Below, in pieces: positions 1 to 9,194 of a DNA stretch of 64,000 nucleotides (position 1 is the stretch's first letter; every line of letters starts with the position of its first letter). A program made the translations under genes and the position numbers. The DNA comes from a virus. The notes beneath the pieces are model-generated. The model was not told where the DNA came from. It was given only the letters and a program-made list of their open reading frames with translations, and did no database searches. The stretch covers positions 1 through 64,000 of the IMG/VR virus record IMGVR_UViG_2643221642_000002, one strand, 5' to 3'.

Positions 1-1164
1 TCAATCATTCACCGCTTTTTGGGGACAATTCGGGGACTTTTCGGGCTGATGTAGAGCCGCCATTTTGGCGGCCTCGCGACCGCCGTCGGCCGAGTCGATC
101 CACTTCGAATAGACGTTGAAAAGCATCGCCGTCGTCGCGTGGCCCATCTGCCGAGCGATGTAGGCAGGGTTGACCCCGCCCATCAGCGCGGTCGTCGCAT
201 AGGTATGGCGAGTTTGCACCGCGCCCCGGTGGCGGATGCCCAGGCGCTTCAAGGTCGGCGTGAAATAGGTGGTCCGCTGGTACTCGTCCGTGGCCCAGGG
301 CTGGCCGGTGGCCGGATTGCGGAAGATCGGCCCGTCGACACCCTTCATGAAGCTGATCGGCTTCATGGCGACCAGCGCGGCGACCGCCCGCGGGGTCAGG
401 TCGACGTCCCGGATCGTGCTGGTCTTGGTGCCCTTCTCGCGGCTGTAGGTTCTGGCGGCGTCGATCCTGATCTGAGACCGGCCCCAGTCCACCTTGCCCC
501 ACTTCACCACGATGAGTTCGCTCGGGCGCAGGCCGGTGCAGAAGGCGAATTCGAAATAGGCCCAGACCTCGACGGGCTCTCGTTCCTTCAGCGCCGCCAG
601 GATCGCTTCCATCTCCTCGACCGTGAAGGGATCGGGCACAGGCTTCTGATGCTTCTGGTTCTTGATCCGGACGGCCGGGCTGGCGGGGATCAGGCCATCG
701 TCGACGGCTGAATCCAGGACCCCTCGGAGCGGGATCAGGTCGTTGTTGACGGTCTTGCCCGAGACTTCCTGGACGCGGGCGGCCACGACCTTCTTGATGT
801 CCGACGGCAGCAGCCGCGTGAGCACCTTGGCGCCGAGCGCGGGCGTCCAGACGTTGTTGATGGCGCCTTTGTAGTGCTTGAACGTGCCGAAATCGACGGT
901 CAGGGTTTCCAGCCACTGCTCGGCATAGACACCGAAGGTCAGCTCGGCCGCCGGCGCGCCGGGCGTTTCGAAGAAGTCTTCTCGGCGGTATACACCGGCG
1001 GTGATCGCCGCCTGGATTCGGGCTAGGAGCGTCCCGGCCGCCTTGATGTTGGCGGGCGTGGGCTTCAGGTCCAGCGTCTCGACCAGGCGCTCCCCGTGGT
1101 GCGTGAACTTCAGGCGGATGCAGTTCTGGCGCGGCTCGACGGTCCCCGTTGCCCTTCGACCCAT
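1..1164 (-). CDS. int: Phage tyrosine integrase (site-specific recombinase)
   Basis: 387-aa ORF; C-terminal catalytic domain with conserved R...HxxR...Y arrangement (…RHTYATTALMGGVNPAYIARQMGH…VYSKW); sits at the prophage edge downstream of an excisionase-like gene. Confidence 0.9.
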   Translation of the reverse strand: MGRRATGTVEPRQNCIRLKFTHHGERLVETLDLKPTPANIKAAGTLLARIQAAITAGVYRREDFFETPGAPAAELTFGVYAEQWLETLTVDFGTFKHYKGAINNVWTPALGAKVLTRLLPSDIKKVVAARVQEVSGKTVNNDLIPLRGVLDSAVDDGLIPASPAVRIKNQKHQKPVPDPFTVEEMEAILAALKEREPVEVWAYFEFAFCTGLRPSELIVVKWGKVDWGRSQIRIDAARTYSREKGTKTSTIRDVDLTPRAVAALVAMKPISFMKGVDGPIFRNPATGQPWATDEYQRTTYFTPTLKRLGIRHRGAVQTRHTYATTALMGGVNPAYIARQMGHATTAMLFNVYSKWIDSADGGREAAKMAALHQPEKSPNCPQKAVND

Positions 1165-1337
1165 TGTTCATACCCTTGCGTGTCGATGAGGATTCGGCCG
1201 TCGGGCGCCTTACGCCACTGCTTGTTTTCCAGCCAGACGCCCCGGTGGATCTTGGTCTCGATCGCGCGCTCCGTATAGCCGGTCTCGTCCGAGAACTTTT
1301 CGATGGTCACGTATCGGAGGCTCACGGGGCGCTCCAT
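1110..1337 (-). CDS. Excisionase / AlpA-like HTH DNA-binding protein
   Basis: 75 aa from the internal ATG (MERPVSLRYVTIEKFSDETGYTERAIETKIHRGVW…), a typical phage Xis/AlpA motif. Lies immediately upstream of int and overlaps it by ~55 nt. Confidence 0.6.
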   Translation of the reverse strand: MERPVSLRYVTIEKFSDETGYTERAIETKIHRGVWLENKQWRKAPDGRILIDTQGYEQWVEGQRGPSSRARTASA

Positions 1338-1843
1338 GGCTGGAATTTTGCGGAATAGGGCAGGTAGAGGGGATGGCCAGGCTGACCGCCAGGCAGCACC
1401 TTGAGACAGTGCAACTGGACGCCCAGTTCGGCCGCCAGGGCGGAGATCGTGCGGTCCTGGCCGACGATACCGCCGTCGACGCCCCAGCCCACGTAGACCA
1501 GGCCGCCGGCGTCGCGGATCATGCCCAGGCCGAGGCGCAGGTACGCCATGGTGTCGGGTCCGACGATGTCGAAACCTTGCTTCAGCCGCTTCTTCATCTC
1601 GGCCGGATAGGTCTCGACGTAGCCGTGGGCGTTGAACACCCACAGGCTGCCGTAACCGCCCTGGTGGGCGCGGGTCAGCTGCCGCGTGACCGTCGGATCG
1701 CTCTCGACCGCGCCGGCCTTGGACGGGTTCAGCATTACGGCGGCCAACGGCGGCCGGCTGCTATCCCAGATTCGCCACAGGGCCACGCGCCATGTCCCGC
1801 AGTCCGAGAAGAGGGCGCCGGTCTCGGTCAAGAGATCGCTCAT
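1322..1843 (-). CDS. DUF1643 family protein
   Basis: Contains the VMLNPSKAG…DPT motif characteristic of DUF1643. ATG at 1841-1843 overlaps the upstream stop (ATGA). Confidence 0.65.
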   Translation of the reverse strand: MSDLLTETGALFSDCGTWRVALWRIWDSSRPPLAAVMLNPSKAGAVESDPTVTRQLTRAHQGGYGSLWVFNAHGYVETYPAEMKKRLKQGFDIVGPDTMAYLRLGLGMIRDAGGLVYVGWGVDGGIVGQDRTISALAAELGVQLHCLKVLPGGQPGHPLYLPYSAKFQPWSAP

Positions 1844-2118
1844 CGCCACACGCTGACGCTGGGCCCGAGGAAGCCGCCGACGCAGACCTTGCCGCGCGCC
1901 TGGCGCGAGCGCCAGATGTAGGCGGTGCGGTTCTTGCCGCAGAAGCCGAAGGGGGCTTCCTGGAACTGCTGGACGACGTAGCCGCGTTGGGCGACGGCCG
2001 ACCGCGCTTCCTCCATCCTGGAGGGGACGACGAGCGTGAAATAGCCGACAACGGCGACAGCGCCAAAGCAGCCGAACAGCACCATCTTTGCGGCCGTGTC
2101 GATGTCGTAGTCACGCAT
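1840..2118 (-). CDS. Hypothetical small membrane protein
   Basis: 92 aa with a hydrophobic segment (VLFGCFGAVAVVGYFTLVV); GGAGAAGG Shine-Dalgarno upstream; translationally coupled to its neighbours. Confidence 0.5.
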   Translation of the reverse strand: MRDYDIDTAAKMVLFGCFGAVAVVGYFTLVVPSRMEEARSAVAQRGYVVQQFQEAPFGFCGKNRTAYIWRSRQARGKVCVGGFLGPSVSVWR

Positions 2119-2722
2119 CGGCCTTCTCCGCCGCGGCCTGGATCGCGTAGAGGGGTGTCGATCCGGTCGCGACTAGGGTCCACTCCCGATCGTTCACGCC
2201 GCCGTTGACGCGGTGGACGCGCCAGGACCCCTCATCTTCGGGGTCGTCGTAGCCGTGGCTGAGCTCGTAGATCGGCCGCGCCGCCAGCCACCCCATGGCT
2301 TCGTCGGCAGTCAGGGTTCCTGGGCGATTTGCGGCCGTGAACCACCCAGCGGCGTCGCCGACGTCACAGAAGACCGTGATCGTCTCGACCAAGGCGTCGG
2401 CGTTGCGAAAGTCGTCATGACCCGCGTTGACGTGCCGCGCCATCAGCACCGCTATCGCCCATTCGCAGGTCCGCAGGAGCCGGTGCGCCTCGAGGCCGAA
2501 TTGCACTGGGGACGCGGCCCAGGCCTTCCGCAATGCGGGGAGGGGGCGGCCGAGCCCACCTTGTGCGCCCCTCAGGTGCGAGAAATCCGGCCGGGCCGGG
2601 CGCGCGGTCAAGGTGTAGCCGGCCTCGCCGGCGAGTCGGACGGCGAGGTCCAGGACTTCCGGCGGCGACAGTCTCCGGATCAGTGCGTCGATCTCGGCGG
2701 CGCGTTCGGACGTGACGCTCAT
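2111..2722 (-). CDS. Hypothetical phage protein
   Basis: 203-aa ORF with normal amino-acid composition; ATGA overlap with the upstream small ORF. Confidence 0.55.
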   Translation of the reverse strand: MSVTSERAAEIDALIRRLSPPEVLDLAVRLAGEAGYTLTARPARPDFSHLRGAQGGLGRPLPALRKAWAASPVQFGLEAHRLLRTCEWAIAVLMARHVNAGHDDFRNADALVETITVFCDVGDAAGWFTAANRPGTLTADEAMGWLAARPIYELSHGYDDPEDEGSWRVHRVNGGVNDREWTLVATGSTPLYAIQAAAEKADA

Positions 2723-2892
2723 AGCTCGCCCTTCTCAAACTTGACCAGGCGCTGGGCGATAGCGGCAGGGCGCCGGTCGGGGAGCGTTTGGCACAGGCGG
2801 TCCCACTGCTCCTCGAGCACCCGTTGCTCCTCGGCGGACCAGTGGTTCCTGCCGCCGGTACGGGCGCTGTTGGCAATATCGGCGTCTCTCAT
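2719..2892 (-). CDS. Hypothetical small protein (57 aa, not in the ORF track)
   Basis: My translation of the minus strand gives MRDADIANSARTGGRNHWSAEEQRVLEEQWDRLCQTLPDRRPAAIAQRLVKFEKGEL; its stop overlaps the next start as ATGA. Confidence 0.4.
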   Translation of the reverse strand: MRDADIANSARTGGRNHWSAEEQRVLEEQWDRLCQTLPDRRPAAIAQRLVKFEKGEL

Positions 2893-3401
2893 CCGACGCC
2901 CCCGTCATCCGACGGCGCGAGCGCGCGGTATCGCTCGGCGTGTTCAGGTGAGTAGAAGCCGGCGCCGACCACCTCTTCGTAGAGCTTGCGCATATCGCCG
3001 ATAGCGGAACGCATCCTGGCCTCGTGCCCGATGTTCTCGCCCCCGAAGATCGGCTGGTCGTAGTAGCCAGGCACGCCCAGGCCGTGGTCCTGCCGGATCG
3101 CCATCGACACCAGAAGTTCGACGGGAGGCTCCACCGGAACCAGCACCTGGGCCGGAGTGGTTACCGGGTCCTGCTTGGGTTGGATGTAGTAGGCGACGTG
3201 CTTCTCAGGGCCGCAGTGGCCCGTCGCCTCGTAGGCGTCGGCGCCGCTGTAGATCGCGGCGTTGGCTTGATCGGTGTACCCGGCCCTATCGGACCTCCAC
3301 CAGCCGTTGTCCGAGTGAATCTTGACCCGCTCAGCTCCCAGAAGACGCATCTTGTCGTCGAGCGATATGCCCGTCAGACGGATGATGGTTTCAGCGTTCA
3401 T
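2889..3401 (-). CDS. Hypothetical phage protein
   Basis: 170 aa from the internal ATG at 3399-3401, preceded by GGAGAA (MNAETIIRLTG…); ATGA coupling with the upstream gene. Confidence 0.55.
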   Translation of the reverse strand: MNAETIIRLTGISLDDKMRLLGAERVKIHSDNGWWRSDRAGYTDQANAAIYSGADAYEATGHCGPEKHVAYYIQPKQDPVTTPAQVLVPVEPPVELLVSMAIRQDHGLGVPGYYDQPIFGGENIGHEARMRSAIGDMRKLYEEVVGAGFYSPEHAERYRALAPSDDGGVG

Positions 3402-3910
3402 CGCTGTTCTCCGAAGACATAGGCTCGCCAATGGACGAGCACGAAATCGATGGTGGTGGCCTCCCCAAGGGCCTTCAGACGGCGCTCGGCGGCGCTGATG
3501 CGCGTGATCCAGAAGCCCCACGGCGTGTCGTTGTGCGCGCCGCGCCAGACCAGGGTGATGATCTTGCCCGGCCGGACGGTGGGGATCTCGAAGCGGCGGC
3601 CTTCGACTTCCAGCATCTGGCCCAGGGCATAGCGGCCCAGGACCCGGTGAGCGTATTCCGCCGGCCGGAAGTGCGGCCGCCAGGCCCGGACCACGTTCAG
3701 GTACTTGAGGCCCGAGGTCGGGTCGAAGACCTCCTCAAGGTATGAGGTCAGCGGAAAGGTCCAGAACGACCACGGGTGCGTGTGGGGGTCGGGATCCTGG
3801 TCGCCTCGGTGGAAGACGTGAAGGCGGAAGCGGCCGAGCAGCAGGGCTGTCCGGTAGGGCTTGCCAAAACCGATCGTCTCGACGCGAAGAAAGCGGCGGA
3901 GCAGTTTCAC
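3398..3910 (-). CDS. Hypothetical protein with conserved DPHTHPW motif
   Basis: 170 aa from the GTG at 3908-3910 (GTGA overlap with the upstream stop); contains …RFRLHVFHRGDQDPDPHTHPWSFW…. I do not recognise a named family. Confidence 0.5.
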   Translation of the reverse strand: MKLLRRFLRVETIGFGKPYRTALLLGRFRLHVFHRGDQDPDPHTHPWSFWTFPLTSYLEEVFDPTSGLKYLNVVRAWRPHFRPAEYAHRVLGRYALGQMLEVEGRRFEIPTVRPGKIITLVWRGAHNDTPWGFWITRISAAERRLKALGEATTIDFVLVHWRAYVFGEQR

Positions 3911-4599
3911 GGCTGCACCCGCTTGAACTCGACCACCCAGACCCACGGATTGGCGTCCCAGGACTCGTCGCCGTTGATCGACCGCCAGAGGAATTCCCAC
4001 AGCACCAGGGCCGGGGCAGTGACGCGGGGCAGGGGGCCGACATAGTCCGGGCTGATGACGTGGGGATCGCCCAGGCTGGCCTCACGGACGCCTTCGGCCT
4101 CGGCGTCGGCCTCGGTGATCGCGCGCAGGCGCTCGACCCGCAGGCCGGTGATCTCCAGCGTCAGGCGGCTGGCCCAGTGCGGCATGTGCATGGGCGGGCA
4201 GCGGTTGCCCTCCTTGTGATGCGCCCAGGCGACCATTTCCTTCGCGCGCGGGTCGGTGTGGCGCATTGAGATCGCCTGCTCGTCGGCGCCGTAGACCCAG
4301 TGGCCGATGGTGCTGCGCCGCAGCTCCTCGCGCACCCAGAGACGGTCGCCGACGTTGCCGTACGGGCACTTGACCCAGGTCAGCGGCCCGCCCTTCGGGT
4401 GCTCGAGCTGCGCGCCGACCCGGCTGTCGGCCGGGTTGACGGCCATGGTCGCCGTAGGCGCCCTCTGCAGCTTCTCCGGGGTCAGCCAAGCGGACTGCTT
4501 GCCGGGAGCCGGCTTCATGACCCGGCGGGTCTGGCCCTTGATGTCGGACTGGATGGCGCGGACCATCGGGCCCGAGAACAGGATCGGGCGGTCAACCAT
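3907..4599 (-). CDS. Conserved phage protein (ASCH-like N-terminus)
   Basis: N-terminus ILFSGPMVRAIQSDIKGQTRRV is a widely conserved phage motif; 230 aa. Confidence 0.55.
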   Translation of the reverse strand: MVDRPILFSGPMVRAIQSDIKGQTRRVMKPAPGKQSAWLTPEKLQRAPTATMAVNPADSRVGAQLEHPKGGPLTWVKCPYGNVGDRLWVREELRRSTIGHWVYGADEQAISMRHTDPRAKEMVAWAHHKEGNRCPPMHMPHWASRLTLEITGLRVERLRAITEADAEAEGVREASLGDPHVISPDYVGPLPRVTAPALVLWEFLWRSINGDESWDANPWVWVVEFKRVQP

Positions 4600-5719
4600 G
4601 GGCCATCTCCGGCATATCGTTGTGCTCGCGGCCGTCCAGGAGACGCCCGTTGCCGCCCTTCGACGCCTTGACCATCAGGCGCCAGGCGACGCCCTCCGGC
4701 AGGTTCAGGTGGTGCCCTCGAAAGGTGCGCCCGTCGGCGCTGACGAAGGCGGTCTCCCGACCGGCGAAGAGCGACATGATGCTGTCGGCTGCGTCGTCGT
4801 CAGCGTCGACGATGTCGACCTTGGGGCCGTCCTCGTCGTGGAAGGCTTCCTTGAAGGAGCCCCACTGTTTGAAGAAAAAGGCGACGCTGGCTCGCTCGCA
4901 GTCGGAGCGGATCTTGCGCGGCCAGTCGGGGTGCATCGGTCGGGAGTCAGCACCGCTTTCGCCGCCGACGATCACCTGGTCGAGCGGCGGCAGCCGTGTG
5001 GGACAGTAGTCGCCAAACATACCGCTCAGCTCGCCGGTCAGCGCGTTCAAAACCTCCGCGCCTCGGAAGCGCAGCGTCGAGATCCTGGTGAAATCCAGCC
5101 CCTCCAGCAGGGGTTCAGCCGACACGATACGCTTGGCTGCCGGCGTTTGGAGAAGGTCGACGACGCGGACGATCCGAGCCTGGTCTTCGACGGAGACTCC
5201 CAGCCAGACGTTCGGGAGCGGGCTGGCCAGCAGCCCGGCGTCGACCAGGTCGATCAGCTGGCGACGGCCGGTGGGATGATCGACCCAGGTAAAAAGCAAG
5301 CGGTCCAGGCCGACGGGCGTGAACAGGCCGGCGACGTACTCGCGCATGGCGTCCGCGCGCTTAGTCAGGATCTGATAGGTATGGTGCGGCGTCGCGGCCA
5401 TGACCGCCCAGACCTTGTCGATCAGCGCGATCGGCACGCCTTCGGCGAACAGGTCGCTCATGCTGTTGACGAAGATCCTGCGCGGCCGGCGCCAGCGAAG
5501 CGGCTTGAAGACGACCTCGTCGGGCGCGGCGGCCATCTTGCCGGTCCAGACGAACCCGGCCTTGGTCTTCATGGTCGTGCCCGCGTAGTGCGGGACGCCG
5601 ATCGCCTCGAGGCGGCCGGCCATCTTCATAGCGTAGCAGTGCTTGCAGCCCGGGCTGACGACCTGGCAGCCCACGACGGGGTTCCAGGTCTCGTCCGTCC
5701 ATTCGATCTTGCTGGCCAT
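4592..5719 (-). CDS. Phage Gp37/Gp68 family protein (DUF5131)
   Basis: From the internal ATG at 5717-5719 (GGAG SD 7 nt upstream): MASKIEWTDETWNPVVGCQVVSPGCKHCYAM…, the hallmark N-terminus of the Gp37/Gp68 family. Confidence 0.75.
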   Translation of the reverse strand: MASKIEWTDETWNPVVGCQVVSPGCKHCYAMKMAGRLEAIGVPHYAGTTMKTKAGFVWTGKMAAAPDEVVFKPLRWRRPRRIFVNSMSDLFAEGVPIALIDKVWAVMAATPHHTYQILTKRADAMREYVAGLFTPVGLDRLLFTWVDHPTGRRQLIDLVDAGLLASPLPNVWLGVSVEDQARIVRVVDLLQTPAAKRIVSAEPLLEGLDFTRISTLRFRGAEVLNALTGELSGMFGDYCPTRLPPLDQVIVGGESGADSRPMHPDWPRKIRSDCERASVAFFFKQWGSFKEAFHDEDGPKVDIVDADDDAADSIMSLFAGRETAFVSADGRTFRGHHLNLPEGVAWRLMVKASKGGNGRLLDGREHNDMPEMAHG

Positions 5720-5774
5720 CGGCGCAGGACTCCGGGGCGGCCGGCGTCTAGCGCCGGCCGCGGGGAAGGGGAGA

Positions 5775-6623
5775 TCAGTCGATCTTGATGAAGGGCACGG
5801 CGCCCGAGGTGACGCGCGGCAACACACCGTCCCACTTGGCGATGGCCTGCTGCTGCATGATCTGCGGATTGGCGCGCAGGGCCTGGCCGCGGATGGTCAG
5901 CGCCTGGGCGTCACCCTCGGCCTCGGCGACCTTGCGGCGCTTCTCCGCCTCGGCCACAGCGGCCTCGGCGTTGGCCTTCTGAACGTCCTGGTCCGCCCGG
6001 GCCCGCGCCAGGATCGACGTCGTCACGACCTCGGGGAAACGCGGCGCGCCCGACCATTCCAGCCGGGTGATCTCGATGCCGTCGCCGCGCCAGCGGTTCG
6101 AGACCTCGCTGAAGGCGTCGCGGGCGATCTTCTGGTAGCCGCCGCCCAGCATCGACTCGACGGGCATGGTGGCCGCCGACCGCGCCACGGCCGTGCGGAC
6201 CGCGTTGCGGATCTGGTTCTCCAGCAGGTAGTCCAGGTTGGCCCGGTACTTGGTGTAGACGCTGGGCGCGGCCGTCGGCAGGACGCGGACGCCGATATTG
6301 ATGTCGCCCTTGATCTCCAGGCCGTTCTTGTCGACGAAGACCAGCTCCTCGTTTTCGCCGCCATCACCGTTGGTCTCGCGGGTGTAGCTGTATTGGCGTT
6401 CGATCACCGGATACTGGAAGATGCGCTCACCGGGCATGCGCAGGTGCCAGCCGGTGGCAAGGGCGTCGGCGGCCACGCCGGGCGCGCCGCCGGTCGGGAA
6501 GGCGCGGAACTTCACGCCGACACTGCCCGGCTCGACGGTCGTCGAGTGACATCCGACGAAGCCCAGCAGGGCCACGGCGCTGACGCCGATCAAGATGAAG
6601 CGCACCGCGCTGTTCGTGCTCAT
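5775..6623 (-). CDS. SPFH/band-7 (prohibitin/HflC-like) domain lipoprotein
   Basis: 282 aa from the ATG at 6621-6623 (GGAGAG SD). Signal peptide with lipobox LLGFVGC, then an SPFH-domain body and a coiled-coil C-terminus (…AEAAVAEAEKRRKVAEAEGDAQA…). Confidence 0.7.
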   Translation of the reverse strand: MSTNSAVRFILIGVSAVALLGFVGCHSTTVEPGSVGVKFRAFPTGGAPGVAADALATGWHLRMPGERIFQYPVIERQYSYTRETNGDGGENEELVFVDKNGLEIKGDINIGVRVLPTAAPSVYTKYRANLDYLLENQIRNAVRTAVARSAATMPVESMLGGGYQKIARDAFSEVSNRWRGDGIEITRLEWSGAPRFPEVVTTSILARARADQDVQKANAEAAVAEAEKRRKVAEAEGDAQALTIRGQALRANPQIMQQQAIAKWDGVLPRVTSGAVPFIKID

Positions 6624-6673
6624 AGTGGTCTCTCCTGCGCCCGCCATCCCCCGGGCGCGTGGGGATGGGTGGG

Positions 6674-6940
6674 TCAGGCGGCCGGCGACTGCGCCAGGAT
6701 CTCGGCGGCGCAGGCGTGATACTCGGTCAGGAAGACCTGGGCGGCTTTCGCCAGGCGCACCTTCACCTTGAATTGCGGGTCACGCTGAATGGCTAGGAAC
6801 GTGCTGGGGTTCAGGACCGCACCCGCGCCTTCGGCGAAGTTCACCTGGTCCAGGAAGGCCTGCCAGTCGGTGACCCCCAACAGCATCGCGCTGGTCTTGA
6901 TCGACGACATGCCCAGGGCAAAGTCGTGTTGGATCTTCAT
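6674..6940 (-). CDS. Hypothetical protein
   Basis: 88-aa ORF; ATGA overlap with the upstream gene. Confidence 0.5.
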   Translation of the reverse strand: MKIQHDFALGMSSIKTSAMLLGVTDWQAFLDQVNFAEGAGAVLNPSTFLAIQRDPQFKVKVRLAKAAQVFLTEYHACAAEILAQSPAA

Positions 6941-7209
6941 GACTTCATGTCTCCCCAGATGGCGTCGCTGGCCTGCTCGGCCGTGGCGTCGTCGTGCATT
7001 TCGATGATCAGGGCGGCGGACTGGTCGCCGTCGCGCAGGCGGACGGTCCAGGAGCCGGCGAGACCCAGGGCGCGGAGATCCTTCACCGCCCAGGCGAAGC
7101 GGTTGATGGCCGGCGTGGCGTTGGCCTCGCGGCGCTCGTCCGAGCCGGCGCCGATGCGGTCGCCGGCCTGGACGTCGGCCAGGGTGGTGTAGGCGGGCGC
7201 GGGTTTCAT
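6937..7209 (-). CDS. Hypothetical protein
   Basis: 90 aa from the internal ATG 7207-7209 (MKPAPAYTTLADVQ…); ATGA overlaps on both sides. Confidence 0.5.
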   Translation of the reverse strand: MKPAPAYTTLADVQAGDRIGAGSDERREANATPAINRFAWAVKDLRALGLAGSWTVRLRDGDQSAALIIEMHDDATAEQASDAIWGDMKS

Positions 7210-7439
7210 GCGCGGAACGCCTGCAGGGCGGTGACCTTCAGGCCCTTGCGGCCGTAGCGATCGGCGTGGGCGCGCCAGCTCTCCCACTCCTCGGGCGAGA
7301 TCTTGTGCGCCCTGGTGATCTGGTCGGCCGACAGCTCGCCCCGGCGCTCGGCCAGCAGCAGCTCGTCCTTGCGCGCCGGCGTCCAGCGCGCGACCGGCAG
7401 CAGGCGCGGGTCAGGGTAGACGAGGCGGCGCTTGGCCAT
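7206..7439 (-). CDS. DUF1153 domain protein (small HTH-like)
   Basis: …ARWTPARKDELLLAERRGELSADQITRAHKISPEEWESWRAHADRYGRKGLKVTALQAFRA matches the DUF1153 pattern (RWT..RK…LS.EE…W….G..GL..T..Q). Confidence 0.65.
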   Translation of the reverse strand: MAKRRLVYPDPRLLPVARWTPARKDELLLAERRGELSADQITRAHKISPEEWESWRAHADRYGRKGLKVTALQAFRA

Positions 7440-7714
7440 CACAGGTCCCCCAACAGCTCGGTGTTGGCGTTGCGGCAGCCGTACTCGACGCCGACCTCGA
7501 CCAGCGGACCGTAGCCCTCGACGAAGGGGTTCGGCCCCATATCGATCAGCCCGCGCGCCGCCAGCTGAGCGATATGCTCCGCGTGCTGCTCGACGGTATC
7601 GAACTGGTAGTGGCTGGCCCTGAACTCGGCCATGAAGGCTTCGTCCAGCTTGCTGTCGTCGATCGTCACCTCGACGACCTGCGACACCAGCACCGAGAAC
7701 TTGCGGACGGCCAT
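7439..7714 (-). CDS. Hypothetical protein
   Basis: 91-aa ORF with normal composition; TGATG coupling downstream. Confidence 0.5.
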   Translation of the reverse strand: MAVRKFSVLVSQVVEVTIDDSKLDEAFMAEFRASHYQFDTVEQHAEHIAQLAARGLIDMGPNPFVEGYGPLVEVGVEYGCRNANTELLGDL

Positions 7715-7716
7715 GG

Positions 7717-8151
7717 TCAGGCCGCCTGCAGGGCGCTGCCCGAGGCGTCGCCCGAGAGGGCGCGGGCCAGGCCGATCAGGTGCTGGCGCGCGTGGCTGGG
7801 CGCGGCGACGAAGGCCTTGGCCATCTCGACTCCGCCGGCGACCGAGACCAGCTGCTGGGCGGGGTTGTCGATCGTCGCCGATTGCGCCGTCGACGCAGCG
7901 TCGTCCAGGCCTTCGAAGAAGTAGGAGATCGGGACCTGCAGGGTGCGGGCGATGTCCCAGAGCTTGGAGGCGCTGACGCGGTTGGCGCCGTTCTCGTACT
8001 TCTGGACCTGCTGGAAGGTCAGGCCGAGCGGCGCGGCTAGCGCGTCCTGGCCGAGACCCAGCAGGCGGCGCTGCATGCGGATGCGACCCCCGACGTGGAT
8101 GTCGACCGGGTTTGGCTTGCGGGTTTCGTTGTTGGCGGTGTCGGTGGCCAT
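7717..8151 (-). CDS. XRE-family HTH transcriptional regulator
   Basis: 144 aa from the ATG 8149-8151. Cro/CI-type HTH: RMQRRLLGLGQDALAAPLGLTFQQVQKYENGANRVSASKLWDIARTLQVPISYFF. Confidence 0.75.
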   Translation of the reverse strand: MATDTANNETRKPNPVDIHVGGRIRMQRRLLGLGQDALAAPLGLTFQQVQKYENGANRVSASKLWDIARTLQVPISYFFEGLDDAASTAQSATIDNPAQQLVSVAGGVEMAKAFVAAPSHARQHLIGLARALSGDASGSALQAA

Positions 8152-8261
8152 AGGGGGCGTCCTTGTGGCGGTTGCGGAAAGAAAGGGCCCAGGCCGACAG
8201 GGTGCCGCCGTATCGGCCTGGGCAGGTGCGGCGCCGGCGGTGGGAGCCGGGCCGGGTGGGG

Positions 8262-8534
8262 CTAGCGCGCCGGCGGGTCGGCCTGGCGGCGAGGCGTTGC
8301 GCCGAAGCCAGCGGCGCTGTTGTCCAGGACGACCTTGTCCTTGTCCGCGATCACATCGAGGCGCTGTTCGTCGAACCAAGCGTCTTCGCGGGTCTTGCCA
8401 TCGGCATCGACGGTCGGCGTCACGCCGACGCGGTTACAGCCGGTCAGGTAGGTGGTGTAGCTGGTGGCTACGCCCGAGAAGCCGGTGATCCGGTCCTTCA
8501 CGGTGCTGCCAAGGATAGATTCAGCACGTTGCAT
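8262..8534 (-). CDS. Hypothetical protein
   Basis: 90-aa ORF preceded by a strong AAGGAG SD at 8-nt spacing. Confidence 0.55.
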   Translation of the reverse strand: MQRAESILGSTVKDRITGFSGVATSYTTYLTGCNRVGVTPTVDADGKTREDAWFDEQRLDVIADKDKVVLDNSAAGFGATPRRQADPPAR

Positions 8535-8588
8535 CGGTACTTCTCCTTTGGTGGTGGATGTCAGGCGGCGGTGTCGCCGCGCTGGTGA

Positions 8589-9194
8589 CTAGGCCGTCGG
8601 CTGAAGGCCCTGCAGGTGGCAGACGTCGGCCGGACGGAACACGCCGACCCTGTTCAGGCGGCGATAGCCCTCCTGGATCAGCAGAGCCTGCTCGCGGGCG
8701 TCGTCGAGCGCGTGGTGGAACACGCCTTCGCTGTGTTCGAGCTTCAGGCCGAAGAGGTCGTAGATCGTCCGGCAGTCGCGGCCGGCGTTGTAGCGCCAGG
8801 GCGGCTTGATGCCGGCGGCGCGGTAGGCCGCGCCCAGAAGGGTCTCGTCGTAGCTGGGCCCGTTGGACCAGAGGCGATCCGTCTCGTCAGCGACCGGCGC
8901 GTTGACGATGTAGAAGGCGCTGAACTCGGCCAGCACCTCCATGATGGGCCTGGTATCGACGTCGAGGGCCGCCCGGGCGACGGCGCGCTTGGGCGCATCC
9001 CACCACTCGACCGTGCCGGGATCTTCGATCAGGCCGATGGCCTTGGCGGATTCGCGGTCGATGGTCCGGTAGAACGTCCTGTCGGTCAGACCCGCGCCGG
9101 CGGGATCGAAGGCGACCGCGCCGATGGAGGCGATCGACGCCCCAGGGAAGTTCCCCCAGGTCTCCAGGTCGTGGCAGATGTGCAGCTTGATCAC
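8589..9194 (-). CDS. DEDD-type 3'-5' exonuclease (DnaQ/Rv2179c-like)
   Basis: GTG start at 9192-9194 with AAGGAG SD and a GTGA overlap with the upstream stop. Motifs: IKLHICHDLETWG (Exo I) and GVFHHALDDAREQ (H-x4-D, Exo III). Confidence 0.7.
   Translation of the reverse strand: MIKLHICHDLETWGNFPGASIASIGAVAFDPAGAGLTDRTFYRTIDRESAKAIGLIEDPGTVEWWDAPKRAVARAALDVDTRPIMEVLAEFSAFYIVNAPVADETDRLWSNGPSYDETLLGAAYRAAGIKPPWRYNAGRDCRTIYDLFGLKLEHSEGVFHHALDDAREQALLIQEGYRRLNRVGVFRPADVCHLQGLQPTA

Noticed and set aside
5720-5774. GC-rich hairpin (GGCGGCCGGCG-tcta-CGCCGGCCGC) between the SPFH and Gp37 genes as a terminator
   Set aside because: No U-tract follows it on the transcribed (minus) strand, and it lies within a coupled operon. 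More likely an mRNA-stabilising stem than a terminator.
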